Of a stretch of 64,000 bases of DNA, positions 46,661 to 56,122 are shown one piece after another. Location of the stretch: contig CAVPRU010000014.1 in NCBI GenBank assembly GCA_963707875.1, forward strand, positions 149,767 to 213,766. The letters run 5' to 3'. The stretch is from an uncultured Gemmatimonadales bacterium. GTDB lineage: Bacteria > Gemmatimonadota > Gemmatimonadetes > Gemmatimonadales > GWC2-71-9. The position numbers and the translations under genes were made by a program. The first letter of the stretch is position 1, and the number at the start of each line of letters is the position of its first letter. The notes beneath the pieces are model-generated. The model was not told the origin of the DNA, did not search any database, and saw only the letters and a list, made by a program, of their open reading frames with translations.

Positions 46661-48882
46661 GCGCCGGAATCTAACCGGGTGGTTTCGGCCAGCGTCTGGG
46701 CCGGGGTCCAGCCCACGAGGCCCGAGGGGAGCCGGATCATCCGCCACCCCGCCCGGGAGCCGATCACCCGGACCACGGCCAATTCCTCAACCTGTCCCGC
46801 CGTTTCGGCGAGGCCGAACGGGGCCACCCGCAGAGTGGCCTGGCGGGTCACCACGGCGATGGGCTGACGATACCACTGCCGCACCCCCCAGGCCCCGAGC
46901 GAGAAGACCACAGCCCCGGCAAACGCGACGCCCGCCAGGCGGCGGCGCGCGAAGCCCAGCAACACCCATCCCGCCCCCCAGCCCAAGAGACCGAGCAGGA
47001 GGAGCTCGGTGGCGGTGACCGGGGCCGCCCGTCCCCATCGCTCGAGATCGGGAGCTCGGAGGGCAATCATCCGCCAGGCCGCGCGAATCGCTGGATCCCG
47101 TGGGGCCAGCCGAAGCGCCTGCACCCACGCCGCGGCCGCCTGGGCGTCCCGTCGCGTCATGAAGGCCTCCGCCCCCAGGTTGTACCAGCGCTGGGCGCTG
47201 GGGGCCGCGACCGGCATGGGCGACGGCACCGGCTGGGACTGGGCATCCGCCGGGGAGGACAGCATCGCGAGCAGCAACAGGGGAAGCAACCGGGCGGGCC
47301 ACCGGCCCAGCAGGTCGCGGGCTCGACGCTCAATCTCGGCCTCGGTCGATTCGCCCCCGGGCCGATACCGGCCCGTCGCATCATCGAGGTACAGGTCGGC
47401 CGCCTGACCGCTCAGGTCTTCGGGGGTTCCCGCCTCCCGGAGGGTTTCGGCGATCCGGTCCGGCCGCCAGCGATGCTCCTCGGGCACCAGCCGATGGACG
47501 AGCCGACGGAGCCGGTGGTGCGCCGACCCGGCGGTGCCCCGGGGGGATGCCCGCCGGCCCGCGCGCCGACGGAACCCGAGGAGCAGGTATCCCACCGGCG
47601 GCAGCAGGAAGAGCAGCGCGGGCCAGAACACGCCCGGAAATCCAAGTCCCGCCGACGCGGCCGGCTCAGTGGTCATCAGCGAGACCGTCCCGCGCCGGTC
47701 ACCCGAGGCATCCGCGGGCTGAACCGGCAGCACCATCGGCTCCGCGATCGCCTCGCCCCATCGGCGCGCCGCCAGGTCGTAGTAGGGATAGCGGACCCGC
47801 GGAAGGACCAGACTCCCGGCGGAATCGGCCAGCACACTGAAGCGAAAGCGCTTTTCCCCCTGAATGACTCCGCCGGGCTGCCGGATCAGATCCTGGGGGC
47901 GGTCCGGATACCCTCGCGCCCCATCGGGCCAGTCCACCACCGGGGGAGGCCACAGGGCGATGTTCCCGACTCCACTGAGGACCAGGGTCACGAGGATCGG
48001 TTCACCGGCCACGGCTGGGTCCGGTGTCAGTTCGTAACCCAGGGAAAGCCGGGCGCCCGAAGGCCCCCCCAGGAGGCCACCCTCCGGAGGCGGCACCACC
48101 GCGATCGTCAGCGGACCGCTCTCGAGCCGATAGGACTTCTCCTCGCTGAAGTACTGCCGGCCCTGGGGAACGGCGAAGGCAAGGCCCGCCGGGGGAACGT
48201 CGATGCGCCCGGCCGTCAGCGGGAACACCACCTGGTGGGCGACGTAGAGGTCGTACCAGACACCATCCACCAGTCGGCTGGCACCGATCCCCGCCACCGA
48301 GGGCTGTACCGCGTTGAACACGCCGGCGATGGTCGGCGGACGCAACTCCGGTGGCCGTCGCAACTGCGACAGCAGCTGCCGGGGAAACCAGGCCACGGTG
48401 ATCAGATCGAGCTGTTCACCGACCACCACGGAATCCCCGGAGGCCAGCAGACTCACCGCCACGTCACCCCGGGCCGGAGACCGTGCCCGGTCCAGGACAG
48501 CGCTGACCCGCGGGGACAGCACCGGCGTCGCCCGGCCCCCGGGCGCCGTCACCTCGACCAGCATCTCCGGGGACAGCACCACCTGTCCACCCTGCTCGAC
48601 CCGGACCCCACCGATCATCCAGCGCCCGACTTGCACCGCCCGGAGTTGGAACTCCATGACCAGGGTGACCGGGAGGGCCGGCAGCGAGTCGCGCCGCTCC
48701 GCGCGGCCCACCACGAAGAACCCGTTGAAGGTCGGCAAGAAGGTCCGGACCGGGGCGTTGCCGGCCAGGACCACCCGCACGGTGTAGGTGAGGGCATCGC
48801 CCACGGCCAGTCGTTCGCGATCCACTTCGGCGGAGGCCTGTAGCCCCTGGGTTCCGGCCAGAACCGCCAGTAGCAGGAGCAT
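46657..48882 (-). CDS. BatD-like oxygen-tolerance protein fused to a TPR/TM/SH3 (BatE-like) C-terminal region
   Basis: 741 aa. N-terminus: signal MLLLLAVLAGTQGLQA plus AEVDRERLAVGDALTYTVRV and repeated beta-domains. A central TM segment. C-terminus: WYNLGAEAFMTRRDAQAAAAW (TPR-like), a TM segment, and an SH3-like tail ATLRVAPFGLAE...GWRMIRLPSGLVGWTP. Confidence 0.7.
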   Translation of the reverse strand: MLLLLAVLAGTQGLQASAEVDRERLAVGDALTYTVRVVLAGNAPVRTFLPTFNGFFVVGRAERRDSLPALPVTLVMEFQLRAVQVGRWMIGGVRVEQGGQVVLSPEMLVEVTAPGGRATPVLSPRVSAVLDRARSPARGDVAVSLLASGDSVVVGEQLDLITVAWFPRQLLSQLRRPPELRPPTIAGVFNAVQPSVAGIGASRLVDGVWYDLYVAHQVVFPLTAGRIDVPPAGLAFAVPQGRQYFSEEKSYRLESGPLTIAVVPPPEGGLLGGPSGARLSLGYELTPDPAVAGEPILVTLVLSGVGNIALWPPPVVDWPDGARGYPDRPQDLIRQPGGVIQGEKRFRFSVLADSAGSLVLPRVRYPYYDLAARRWGEAIAEPMVLPVQPADASGDRRGTVSLMTTEPAASAGLGFPGVFWPALLFLLPPVGYLLLGFRRRAGRRASPRGTAGSAHHRLRRLVHRLVPEEHRWRPDRIAETLREAGTPEDLSGQAADLYLDDATGRYRPGGESTEAEIERRARDLLGRWPARLLPLLLLAMLSSPADAQSQPVPSPMPVAAPSAQRWYNLGAEAFMTRRDAQAAAAWVQALRLAPRDPAIRAAWRMIALRAPDLERWGRAAPVTATELLLLGLLGWGAGWVLLGFARRRLAGVAFAGAVVFSLGAWGVRQWYRQPIAVVTRQATLRVAPFGLAETAGQVEELAVVRVIGSRAGWRMIRLPSGLVGWTPAQTLAETTRLDSGA

Positions 48883-48884
48883 GG

Positions 48885-50507
48885 CTACCAGTCCTTCTTC
48901 CCGGCCGGGGCCCGCACCTGCTGCTGTCGGGTCAACCGGGACCGGGTGGCCAACTCCCCGCGCTCCACCGAGGCCAGGATCGCGTCCGCCTGGGCCTCCG
49001 ACAGTTCACCCGACGTCGGGGTGGGGGCCTGCCCTTCGGACGGATCCGGCGGCGGCTGGGGTGACTGGTTCTGCCCTCCGGACGTCGGAGGGACCGGGTC
49101 GGGGGCCGCCAACTCGAGGTTCCACTTGGCCTCTTGCGAGGCCGGGCTCAGCAGCAGCGCCTCCCGAAACCGCTCGGTGGCATTCTGCTCCCGCTCGGGC
49201 CGGTCGGTGGAGTCACGCCGAGCCGCAACCAGGTGGACCAGCCCCAGGTTGTAGAGCGCCTTGAACCGCAATTCGGGGTCGAGCGTCTCGGCGGCTTGAG
49301 CCAGCGCCTCCTCAGCCTCAGCCAATCGGCCTGCGGCCAGCGCGATGGTACCGGCATTGTACCATGCGGTGTCCGGCGCCGTCCCGTTGACGGCCTGCGC
49401 CCGGAAGGCGGCCTCGGCCTCCGCCGTTCGTCCTTGACCGGCGCGACGACCGCCGGCCGACTGGCGCTGCGCATCCACCGGTGGCGACCCGGTGAGGAGG
49501 AGCCCCCCCATCCCGATCAACGCCGCTGTCCGACGTCCCACCGATTGCAGCAGCAGCGCGAGCATCGCGAGAAGAGCCATGAGCCAGGCAAGCGGGTTAA
49601 GGTCCGCCAGCCTCCGTTCCCGGATCGGCCGCCGGGTGAGGGCGGTCAGGACGTCTCGCACCGCACCCGCCTGGTCGGAGACCTCGGCCTGCACCACCGT
49701 GGCATCGAGGGCCCCAGCCATGACCGCGATCAGGTCATCCCGGCGGCGCGTCTCCACCACCGCGCCCTGATCGTCCCGCTTGTAGTCGATCAGACGACCG
49801 GTCATGTCCCTGATGGGAATCCGAGTCGGGGTCTGGCTCCCGACCGCGACCAGTACCACCCGGACGCCGGTACGGCTGAGTTGTCGGGCCGCGGCCGTGA
49901 TGCCATCAACCGAATCGTGGGCCTCACCATCCGTGAAGATCACCAGCACCCGATCGCCGCCCTCCAGCGACGGGCCGAGCACCTGCTCTGCCTGGGTGAG
50001 CATCCCTTCCATTTCGGTCCCGCCCGCGGAGGCCAGGTCCGGATCCATGGCCTCCAGGTACATCGCCGCGGCCGAGTGATCGAGGGTGAGCGGCGTGAGG
50101 ACGTAGCTCTGCCCGGCAAAGGCAATGACCCCGATCCGGTCCCCGGGAAGATCCTGCACCAGACGCCGCGCCTCCGACACGGCCCGCCCGAGGCGATGGG
50201 GTTCGGCGTCTTCCGCCAGCATCGACCGGCTGATGTCGATCGCCAGGAGCACGTTGAGACCCCGTTCCTCGGCCAGCCGGTCCACTCGACCCCCGCGCGG
50301 GCCGGCCACCCCCAGCGCCGCCAGCAGCCCGGCGACCACGACGGCGGTAACCCCGAGCGGGCCTGCCCGGCCGGCCTGGGCCCCCAGCTCGGCGGACCAG
50401 GAGCGCGCCAACGCGACCCGACGGTGGCGCGCCCAGTGAGCCGTGGCGCCCAGGAGCAGCGCCACCAGCGGCGCGACCCACAGCAGGATCGGATACTCGA
50501 ACCTCAT
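48885..50507 (-). CDS. VWA-domain membrane protein fused to TPR region (BatB plus BatC-like)
   Basis: MRFEYPILLWVAPLVALLL..., VWA core LLAIDISRSMLAEDAEP...VIAFAGQSYVLTPLT...VLVIFTDGEAHD, a TM segment, then TPR-like WYNAGTIALAAGRLAEAEEALAQA...ALYNLGLV. Confidence 0.75.
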   Translation of the reverse strand: MRFEYPILLWVAPLVALLLGATAHWARHRRVALARSWSAELGAQAGRAGPLGVTAVVVAGLLAALGVAGPRGGRVDRLAEERGLNVLLAIDISRSMLAEDAEPHRLGRAVSEARRLVQDLPGDRIGVIAFAGQSYVLTPLTLDHSAAAMYLEAMDPDLASAGGTEMEGMLTQAEQVLGPSLEGGDRVLVIFTDGEAHDSVDGITAAARQLSRTGVRVVLVAVGSQTPTRIPIRDMTGRLIDYKRDDQGAVVETRRRDDLIAVMAGALDATVVQAEVSDQAGAVRDVLTALTRRPIRERRLADLNPLAWLMALLAMLALLLQSVGRRTAALIGMGGLLLTGSPPVDAQRQSAGGRRAGQGRTAEAEAAFRAQAVNGTAPDTAWYNAGTIALAAGRLAEAEEALAQAAETLDPELRFKALYNLGLVHLVAARRDSTDRPEREQNATERFREALLLSPASQEAKWNLELAAPDPVPPTSGGQNQSPQPPPDPSEGQAPTPTSGELSEAQADAILASVERGELATRSRLTRQQQVRAPAGKKDW

Positions 50508-51475
50508 GGGACCCGGACCACCAGGGTAGCCCCGAGCAGGAGTTCCAGCGCCAGCAGACCCAGGCCGGCGAGCAGAAACGGACGGGTCTGCTGGTCAGCA
50601 TCGGTCTGAATCCGCTGGGATTGCTCCGATCGTTCCAGGGCATCGATCTGGCTGAAGATCCGGCTCAGCGCCTCCCCGTCGGTGGCCCGGAAGTAGCGAC
50701 CGCCGGTGCCCTCGGCGATCTCGGTCAGGAGCGGCTCGTCAATCCTGACCGGAACCACCTCATAGCGGAGTCCACTGAGTCCGCGGCCGGTCGGAATGCG
50801 CGCCTCGCCCTGGGTGCCGACCCCGATGGTATAGACCCGAACGCCAAGCGCCTGCGCGGCCCGGGCGGCGGTCCGCGGATCGACCGCCCCCCGGTTGTTC
50901 TCCCCATCGGTGAGGAGGAGCACCACCTTGGACCGATTGGGGATCCGGCGCAGCCGGTTGAGGGCCGTCGCCAGCCCGGTCCCGATCGCCGTTCCGTCTT
51001 CGAGCCCTCCCACCCGGAGGTTGCCGATCGACTGCTCCAGCATCCGATAGTCGAGGGTGAGCGGGACCTGGGTCAGCGCTTCGCCCGCGAAGGTCACCAG
51101 TCCGATCCGATCGGCCTGGCGGCCCCTGACAAACGCGGTCGCCTGACGCTTGGCCACCTCGAGTCGATTGGACGGGGCGAAATCCTCCGCCAGCATGCTG
51201 CTTGACACGTCGATGGCCAGGACGATCGCGATCCCCTCACCGCGCAGCAGCATCTCCCCCGTCCCGAACTGGGGGCCGGCGGCGGCAAGGGTCCAGAGCG
51301 CCAGGGTCGTGGCGCGAAGAGCGGGAGGAATCCTGGGCCACCAGGACGTGGTCGCCGCGTGGCCAGGGATCGCCACGTCGCTGATCGCCACCGCCACCTG
51401 GTGCCGGCGGCGGAACCACAGCCAGAGAGGGATCGCCAGCAGGAGCAGCAGCATCCAGGGACGGGCCAGGGTCAT
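50504..51475 (-). CDS. VWA-domain membrane protein (BatA-like)
   Basis: From MTLARPWMLLLLLAIPLWLWF...: VLAIDVSSSMLAEDFAPSNRLEVAK...LVTFAGEALTQVPLT...VVLLLTDGENN, with a C-terminal TM segment. Confidence 0.8.
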   Translation of the reverse strand: MTLARPWMLLLLLAIPLWLWFRRRHQVAVAISDVAIPGHAATTSWWPRIPPALRATTLALWTLAAAGPQFGTGEMLLRGEGIAIVLAIDVSSSMLAEDFAPSNRLEVAKRQATAFVRGRQADRIGLVTFAGEALTQVPLTLDYRMLEQSIGNLRVGGLEDGTAIGTGLATALNRLRRIPNRSKVVLLLTDGENNRGAVDPRTAARAAQALGVRVYTIGVGTQGEARIPTGRGLSGLRYEVVPVRIDEPLLTEIAEGTGGRYFRATDGEALSRIFSQIDALERSEQSQRIQTDADQQTRPFLLAGLGLLALELLLGATLVVRVP

Positions 51476-52200
51476 GACCGGTCGCTCCCGATCATCGCCA
51501 GCGCCTCCCGCTGCAACCGGGCGACCGCCTCCGGATCCCGCTCTCCATATCGTGCCGCGTCCAGCCGGGCCAGCAGCCCCACCCGTTCCGGCGAATCCGG
51601 AAGGGCCCGGATCCGGGCTCGCCACTCGTCGAGCACCGCGCGTGACTCGCCGGCGGCAAGCCATCGCTCCAACCGTTGCACCATGGGTACCCCAGGATCG
51701 CCGGGCGGAGTCAGGACGCGGGGCCCCCGGCGTTTCCACCACCGATGGAGCGGCAGCAGCCCCAGCCCGGCCACCAGGACCAGCCAGAGGGAGGGCTGGG
51801 GACTCCGCTCGAGCCGCTCGATCAGCGCCGCCGCCGGCTCCGGCGGGATCGAGTCCAGTTCACCGGGCGGCAGGACCGATCCGATCTCCACCCGGGCCAC
51901 GCTCGCCGGCAGGGTATCGGACCAGCCGTCCGGCCGAACTACGATCGGTCCCGGCAGTTCCACCCGATGGGCCCCGGGACGCCAGAACACCAGCGGGTAC
52001 CGCAACACGATTTCATCCCCGCGAAGCACCACCACCGGCGCGGCGAGCGGGTCCAGCAGAGCGGACGGCTCGATCGGGCGGGGTCGGATCGTGGCTCCGG
52101 CCGGGAGTCGGACGGAGCGTTCAATCCAGACGGTGTCCCCGACCGTGGGCCCTTGCGGTGCCTGCCGCGGCGCCAGAAGGAGGAGCAGGAGGAGGGTCAT
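51472..52200 (-). CDS. hypothetical membrane protein of the MoxR/VWA cluster
   Basis: From MTLLLLLLLAPRQ...; a central TM segment WLVLVAGLGLLPL followed by HRWWKRR. ATGA overlaps on both sides. Confidence 0.55.
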   Translation of the reverse strand: MTLLLLLLLAPRQAPQGPTVGDTVWIERSVRLPAGATIRPRPIEPSALLDPLAAPVVVLRGDEIVLRYPLVFWRPGAHRVELPGPIVVRPDGWSDTLPASVARVEIGSVLPPGELDSIPPEPAAALIERLERSPQPSLWLVLVAGLGLLPLHRWWKRRGPRVLTPPGDPGVPMVQRLERWLAAGESRAVLDEWRARIRALPDSPERVGLLARLDAARYGERDPEAVARLQREALAMIGSDRS

Positions 52201-53081
52201 CTCCCTCTCCGGTGGATCCGCCGAGCGAAGGCCCGCCGGAGCGGGATCGCATAGTCTCCGGTGGTGGCGATTGGCACATGGTAGGCTCCGGCCGACCGGA
52301 TGCGATCCGCCCTGGCCCGCTGGCGGCGCTGCCCGGCGACGGTCCACTTCCTCCGCCGCTTCTCATCGCCGAGGTCCACCAGCACTCGCTGATCCGACTC
52401 GGCATCCGCCAGAGTCAGCCACCCCGAGGCAACCGGCTTCGTGTCGCGGGGATCATCCACCGTGATCGCGAAGACTTCGTGTCGGGTCGCCAACTGGCGG
52501 AGCGCCTGGTCCCACTCCGGGGCAATGAAGTCCGAGAGGATGATCACCACGCTCCGATGCTTGAGCAGACGGGCCGTGTGATGGAGGGCCGCGACCAGAT
52601 CGGTTCCCTGCCCCGAAGGCCGAAACGCCAACAGGTCCCGGATCACCCGGAGTGCGTGGCGCCGACCCTTGGCCGGAGGCACCACGTGTTCAATGCGGTC
52701 GGAAAAGACCAGAGCGCCGACCCGGTCGTTCTCCCGGGACGCAGCCAGGGCCAGCACGGCGGCGACCTCGATCTCTCGATCTCCCTTGGCAACCGGGTCA
52801 CCGACTGCGGTCGAAGCGGAGCGATCCACCACCAGGAAGAACGTGACTTCCCGTTCTTCGGTGAAGGTCTTGATGTACGGCTCGCCCAGTCGGGCCGAGA
52901 CGTTCCAGTCGATGGCGCGGTAGTCATCCCCATCGGCGTAGGCCCGGACCTCGGCGAACTCCATCCCCTGTCCCCGGAAGACCGAGCGGTACTCGCCGGC
53001 CAGCAGCGTATCGACCAGGCCCCGGGTCTTCAGGGCCAGGCGACGGACCTGCCGCAGAATCTCCGGAGGGATCGGGGGCAT
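52197..53081 (-). CDS. DUF58-domain protein (MoxR-associated)
   Basis: GEYRSVFRGQGMEFAEVRAYADGDDYRAIDWNVSARLGEPYIKTFTEERE. Confidence 0.85.
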   Translation of the reverse strand: MPPIPPEILRQVRRLALKTRGLVDTLLAGEYRSVFRGQGMEFAEVRAYADGDDYRAIDWNVSARLGEPYIKTFTEEREVTFFLVVDRSASTAVGDPVAKGDREIEVAAVLALAASRENDRVGALVFSDRIEHVVPPAKGRRHALRVIRDLLAFRPSGQGTDLVAALHHTARLLKHRSVVIILSDFIAPEWDQALRQLATRHEVFAITVDDPRDTKPVASGWLTLADAESDQRVLVDLGDEKRRRKWTVAGQRRQRARADRIRSAGAYHVPIATTGDYAIPLRRAFARRIHRRGR

Positions 53082-53096
53082 GGCGGCTGGTGCCCG

Positions 53097-54083
53097 TCAG
53101 GGCGTCCGGACCGCGGCTACCACCTTGGCGATGATGTGATCGGTGGTGACGTCCTCGGCCTCGGCTTCGAAGGTCAGCACGATTCGGTGGCGCATCACGT
53201 CCGGTGCAATGGCCTGGATGTCCTCGGGGATAACGAAGGCGCGCCCTCGAAGAAAGGCCAGGGCCCGAGACGCTTGGGCCAGGGCAATGGAGGCGCGGGG
53301 CGAGGCCCCGTACGCCACCAGCGGAGCGAGATCAGCCAGCCCGACGGCCGCCGGAGTCCGGGTTCCCCGCACCAGGTCGACGATGTAGTCCACCAGTCGG
53401 GGATCGAGATGGACGCCCCTGGCCTCCTGGCGGGCGTGCAGAATCGCGGCCGGCGTCAGCCGAGCGACGACCGGAATCGGTTCCCCGCCGCTCATCCGGA
53501 CCAGAATGTCCTTCTCCTCCTGCCGGCTGGGATAGTCGACTCGGACCTTGAGGAGGAATCGATCGAGCTGCGCCTCCGGCAGGGGATAGGTCCCTTCGCT
53601 CTCGATCGGGTTCTGGGTGGCCAGCACCAGAAACGGCGAAGGGAGGGGGTAACTGGTGCCGCTGATCGAGACCTGGCGTTCCTGCATCGCCTCGAGCAGC
53701 GCGGATTGGACTTTGGCCGGAGCGCGATTGATCTCATCGGCCAGGACGATGTTGGCGAAGATCGGGCCCTTCTTGACCCCGAATTCCTGGGTCTTCATGT
53801 CGAAGACCATGGTCCCGATGACATCGGCGGGGAGCAGGTCGGGGGTAAACTGAATCCGCGAGAAGCTGGCGTGGATGATTTCCGCCAGAGTGCGAACCGC
53901 CAGCGTCTTGGCCAGCCCCGGCACTCCCTCGAGGAGGATATGCCCTCCGGTCAGCAGCCCGATGACCAGCCGCTCGACCATGAGCTCCTGCCCGACCACC
54001 CGGCGGCCGACTTCGGCCACCGCCTCCCGGATCATCCGGATGGCTTCCTCACCGCTGGCGGTCGGGACCTTGGCGGTGGTCAT
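53097..54083 (-). CDS. MoxR-family AAA+ ATPase
   Basis: VVGQELMVERLVIGLLTGGHILLEGVPGLAKTL...VLADEINRAPAKVQSALLEAMQE...ATQNPIE. Confidence 0.95.
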   Translation of the reverse strand: MTTAKVPTASGEEAIRMIREAVAEVGRRVVGQELMVERLVIGLLTGGHILLEGVPGLAKTLAVRTLAEIIHASFSRIQFTPDLLPADVIGTMVFDMKTQEFGVKKGPIFANIVLADEINRAPAKVQSALLEAMQERQVSISGTSYPLPSPFLVLATQNPIESEGTYPLPEAQLDRFLLKVRVDYPSRQEEKDILVRMSGGEPIPVVARLTPAAILHARQEARGVHLDPRLVDYIVDLVRGTRTPAAVGLADLAPLVAYGASPRASIALAQASRALAFLRGRAFVIPEDIQAIAPDVMRHRIVLTFEAEAEDVTTDHIIAKVVAAVRTP

Positions 54084-54814
54084 TCCCCCCCCTCGGGGTC
54101 GAGCTTGATCGCCTTGTAGAGGGCGGTGAGCTCCTCCGGGAGCAGCGGGCGCGAAGCCCCTGGCGCCAGGTCACCGAGCCGGATAGGACCATAGGACATC
54201 CGGGCCAGCCGCTCCACCTTCAGGCCCATGGCCTGGCACCACTTCCGAACGATATGGTGACGTCCCTCGGTCAGCGTGAGGTCCACGATGCTCCGTCCCC
54301 CATGCCCGCCCCGGACCCGGACCTGGGTCGGCTGCACCGGGCGACCATCGACCAGAACCTTTCCGAGAACGGCCTGCTCCACCTCAGCGGTGGGTCGGCC
54401 ATGGACCAGCGCCGTGTACCGGCGCGGCACCCGATACCGGGGGTGGGTCAGCCGGAAGACCGCATCGCCATCGGTGGTCAGCAGCAGAAGGCCGGTGGTC
54501 ATCACGTCCAACCGCCCTACGTACGCCAGCCCGGCCGGGTCTTGAATCAGATCGAAGACGGTCCGGCGACCTTCCTCGTCGCTGGCCGTGGTGACCACCC
54601 CGAGTGGCTTGTGGAAGGCGAGCCAGCGTCGGTCCTTGAGTTTGACCACTCGCCCACTGACCGTGAGCTTCTGGCGGGACGGGTCCAGCTTCGCCCCGAT
54701 CGTCACCACCCGGCCGTCGACCCGCACCTTGCCCGCCCGGATCAGTTCCTCCGAGGCGCGCCGTGAGGCCACGCCAGCCCGTGCCAGCGCCCGTTGCACC
54801 CGCATTTCCGTCAT
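54080..54814 (-). CDS. rluB: pseudouridine synthase, RsuA/RluB family
   Basis: S4 domain RVQRALARAGVASRRASEELIRAGKVRVDG and the catalytic GRLDVMTTGLLLLTTDG. Confidence 0.85.
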   Translation of the reverse strand: MTEMRVQRALARAGVASRRASEELIRAGKVRVDGRVVTIGAKLDPSRQKLTVSGRVVKLKDRRWLAFHKPLGVVTTASDEEGRRTVFDLIQDPAGLAYVGRLDVMTTGLLLLTTDGDAVFRLTHPRYRVPRRYTALVHGRPTAEVEQAVLGKVLVDGRPVQPTQVRVRGGHGGRSIVDLTLTEGRHHIVRKWCQAMGLKVERLARMSYGPIRLGDLAPGASRPLLPEELTALYKAIKLDPEGGE

Positions 54815-55401
54815 GACTCTGCTTCCACGTACAGCGCGGCATCCTGGTCGGGAGCCACTTCAGGCACCGGAGGCGTGAGCGCGATACTGAACTCCTCCGC
54901 CTTTGGCAGGTTGCTGAGGTCCGCCAGGCCAAGCAGCTCGAGAAAAAGGGCCGTCGTGCCGTAGAGCAGCGGCCGGCCCAGTGCTTCGCTCCGGCCCACC
55001 ACCTCGATCAGATTCCGCTCCTGCAGCGATCGGAGCACCCCGCTGGCCTGGACCCCACGAATCTCCTCAATCTCCGCCCGGCCGACCGGCTGCCGGTAGG
55101 CGATGGTCGCCAGCGTCTCCAGCATGGCGGCGGTCAGGCGTGGGGACCGCTGCACCACCCGGGCGCGTTCCAGCGTCTCCGCCAGCCCGGATCGGGTCAC
55201 GACCTGCCAACCGCCCGCCAGTTCGGCCACCTCGACCCCGTGGCCGTCAAAATCGTAGTGATCTCGCAGGCCCTCCAGCGCCGCGCGCACCTCGGCGAGA
55301 TTGCTGTCGGGGTCAAGCACACTCAATTCCTCGAGCGTGAGCGGCCGGGCCGAGGCGAAGAGGGCGGCCTCAATCAGTTGCGAAAGCGGATTCACGGGCA
55401 A
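54811..55401 (-). CDS. scpB: segregation and condensation protein B
   Basis: LIEAALFASARPLTLEEL...TLATIAYRQPVGRAEIEEIRGV...LGRPLLYGTT. Confidence 0.9.
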   Translation of the reverse strand: MPVNPLSQLIEAALFASARPLTLEELSVLDPDSNLAEVRAALEGLRDHYDFDGHGVEVAELAGGWQVVTRSGLAETLERARVVQRSPRLTAAMLETLATIAYRQPVGRAEIEEIRGVQASGVLRSLQERNLIEVVGRSEALGRPLLYGTTALFLELLGLADLSNLPKAEEFSIALTPPVPEVAPDQDAALYVEAES

Positions 55402-56122
55402 TCACCGGCGGGTGAAAGGGAGCGGGTTGGGACACCCGGAGCCGGCCCTGGCGGGCAAGCTCGAGCAGGGCAATCAGCGTGGACAGGACGTCAACGATGG
55501 TCGGATTGGGCCCGATCGCTTCGGCCCAAGTCAGGCGATCCCGGACCAGCAACAAGGTCTCGAGCCGGAGGGTAGCTCCCTCGACATCCAGCGGTCGGGC
55601 CACCACGCTGTGCAGCACCGGATGGAGAATCTCCGAAATGACCTGTTCCACCGCCGCCAGCAATTCCAGCAGGTCGAGTTGCAGCGGCAACGGGGGAAGG
55701 TCTGGTGGCGGCGGCAGGAACCCACGGGAGAACTTGAGGGCGCGCCGGTCAACCGACCGGCCGATCCAGAGGGCGACTTCCTTGATCTGCTGGTATTCCA
55801 GGAGTCGGCGAACCAGCTCCGCGCGGGGGTCTTCCCAGCCCTCCTCGGATCCCGGTCGAGGAAGCAGCATCTGGATCTTGAGCCGAAGCAGCCGGCTGGC
55901 CATCTCGAGGTAGTCCGCCGCCTGATTCAGGCCCAGCTGGTGAACCACGGCGAGAAACTGATCGGCAATCCTGGCAATCGGAATGTCACTGATGTCGATC
56001 TGCTGTTCTCGCAGCAAGTGGAGCAACAGATCGAGCGGGCCGTTGAAGCCATCCAGCTCAACGACAAAGCCGGTCTCCCCGGGCAAGCCGAGGACCGGGA
56101 CGGGGGCGGGAATCGCTGTCAT
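55370..56122 (-). CDS. scpA: segregation and condensation protein A
   Basis: VVELDGFNGPLDLLLHLLREQQIDISDIPIARIADQFL. Confidence 0.9.
   Translation of the reverse strand: MTAIPAPVPVLGLPGETGFVVELDGFNGPLDLLLHLLREQQIDISDIPIARIADQFLAVVHQLGLNQAADYLEMASRLLRLKIQMLLPRPGSEEGWEDPRAELVRRLLEYQQIKEVALWIGRSVDRRALKFSRGFLPPPPDLPPLPLQLDLLELLAAVEQVISEILHPVLHSVVARPLDVEGATLRLETLLLVRDRLTWAEAIGPNPTIVDVLSTLIALLELARQGRLRVSQPAPFHPPVIARESAFATD

Noticed and set aside
51150-54119. 989-aa plus-strand ORF, the longest ORF in the window
   Set aside because: It is exactly antisense to four well-supported minus-strand genes, from moxR through batA-like. Its translation is Arg/Pro/Gly/Ala-rich low-complexity sequence with no recognisable domain. 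Stop-poor antisense frames are expected in DNA this GC-rich.
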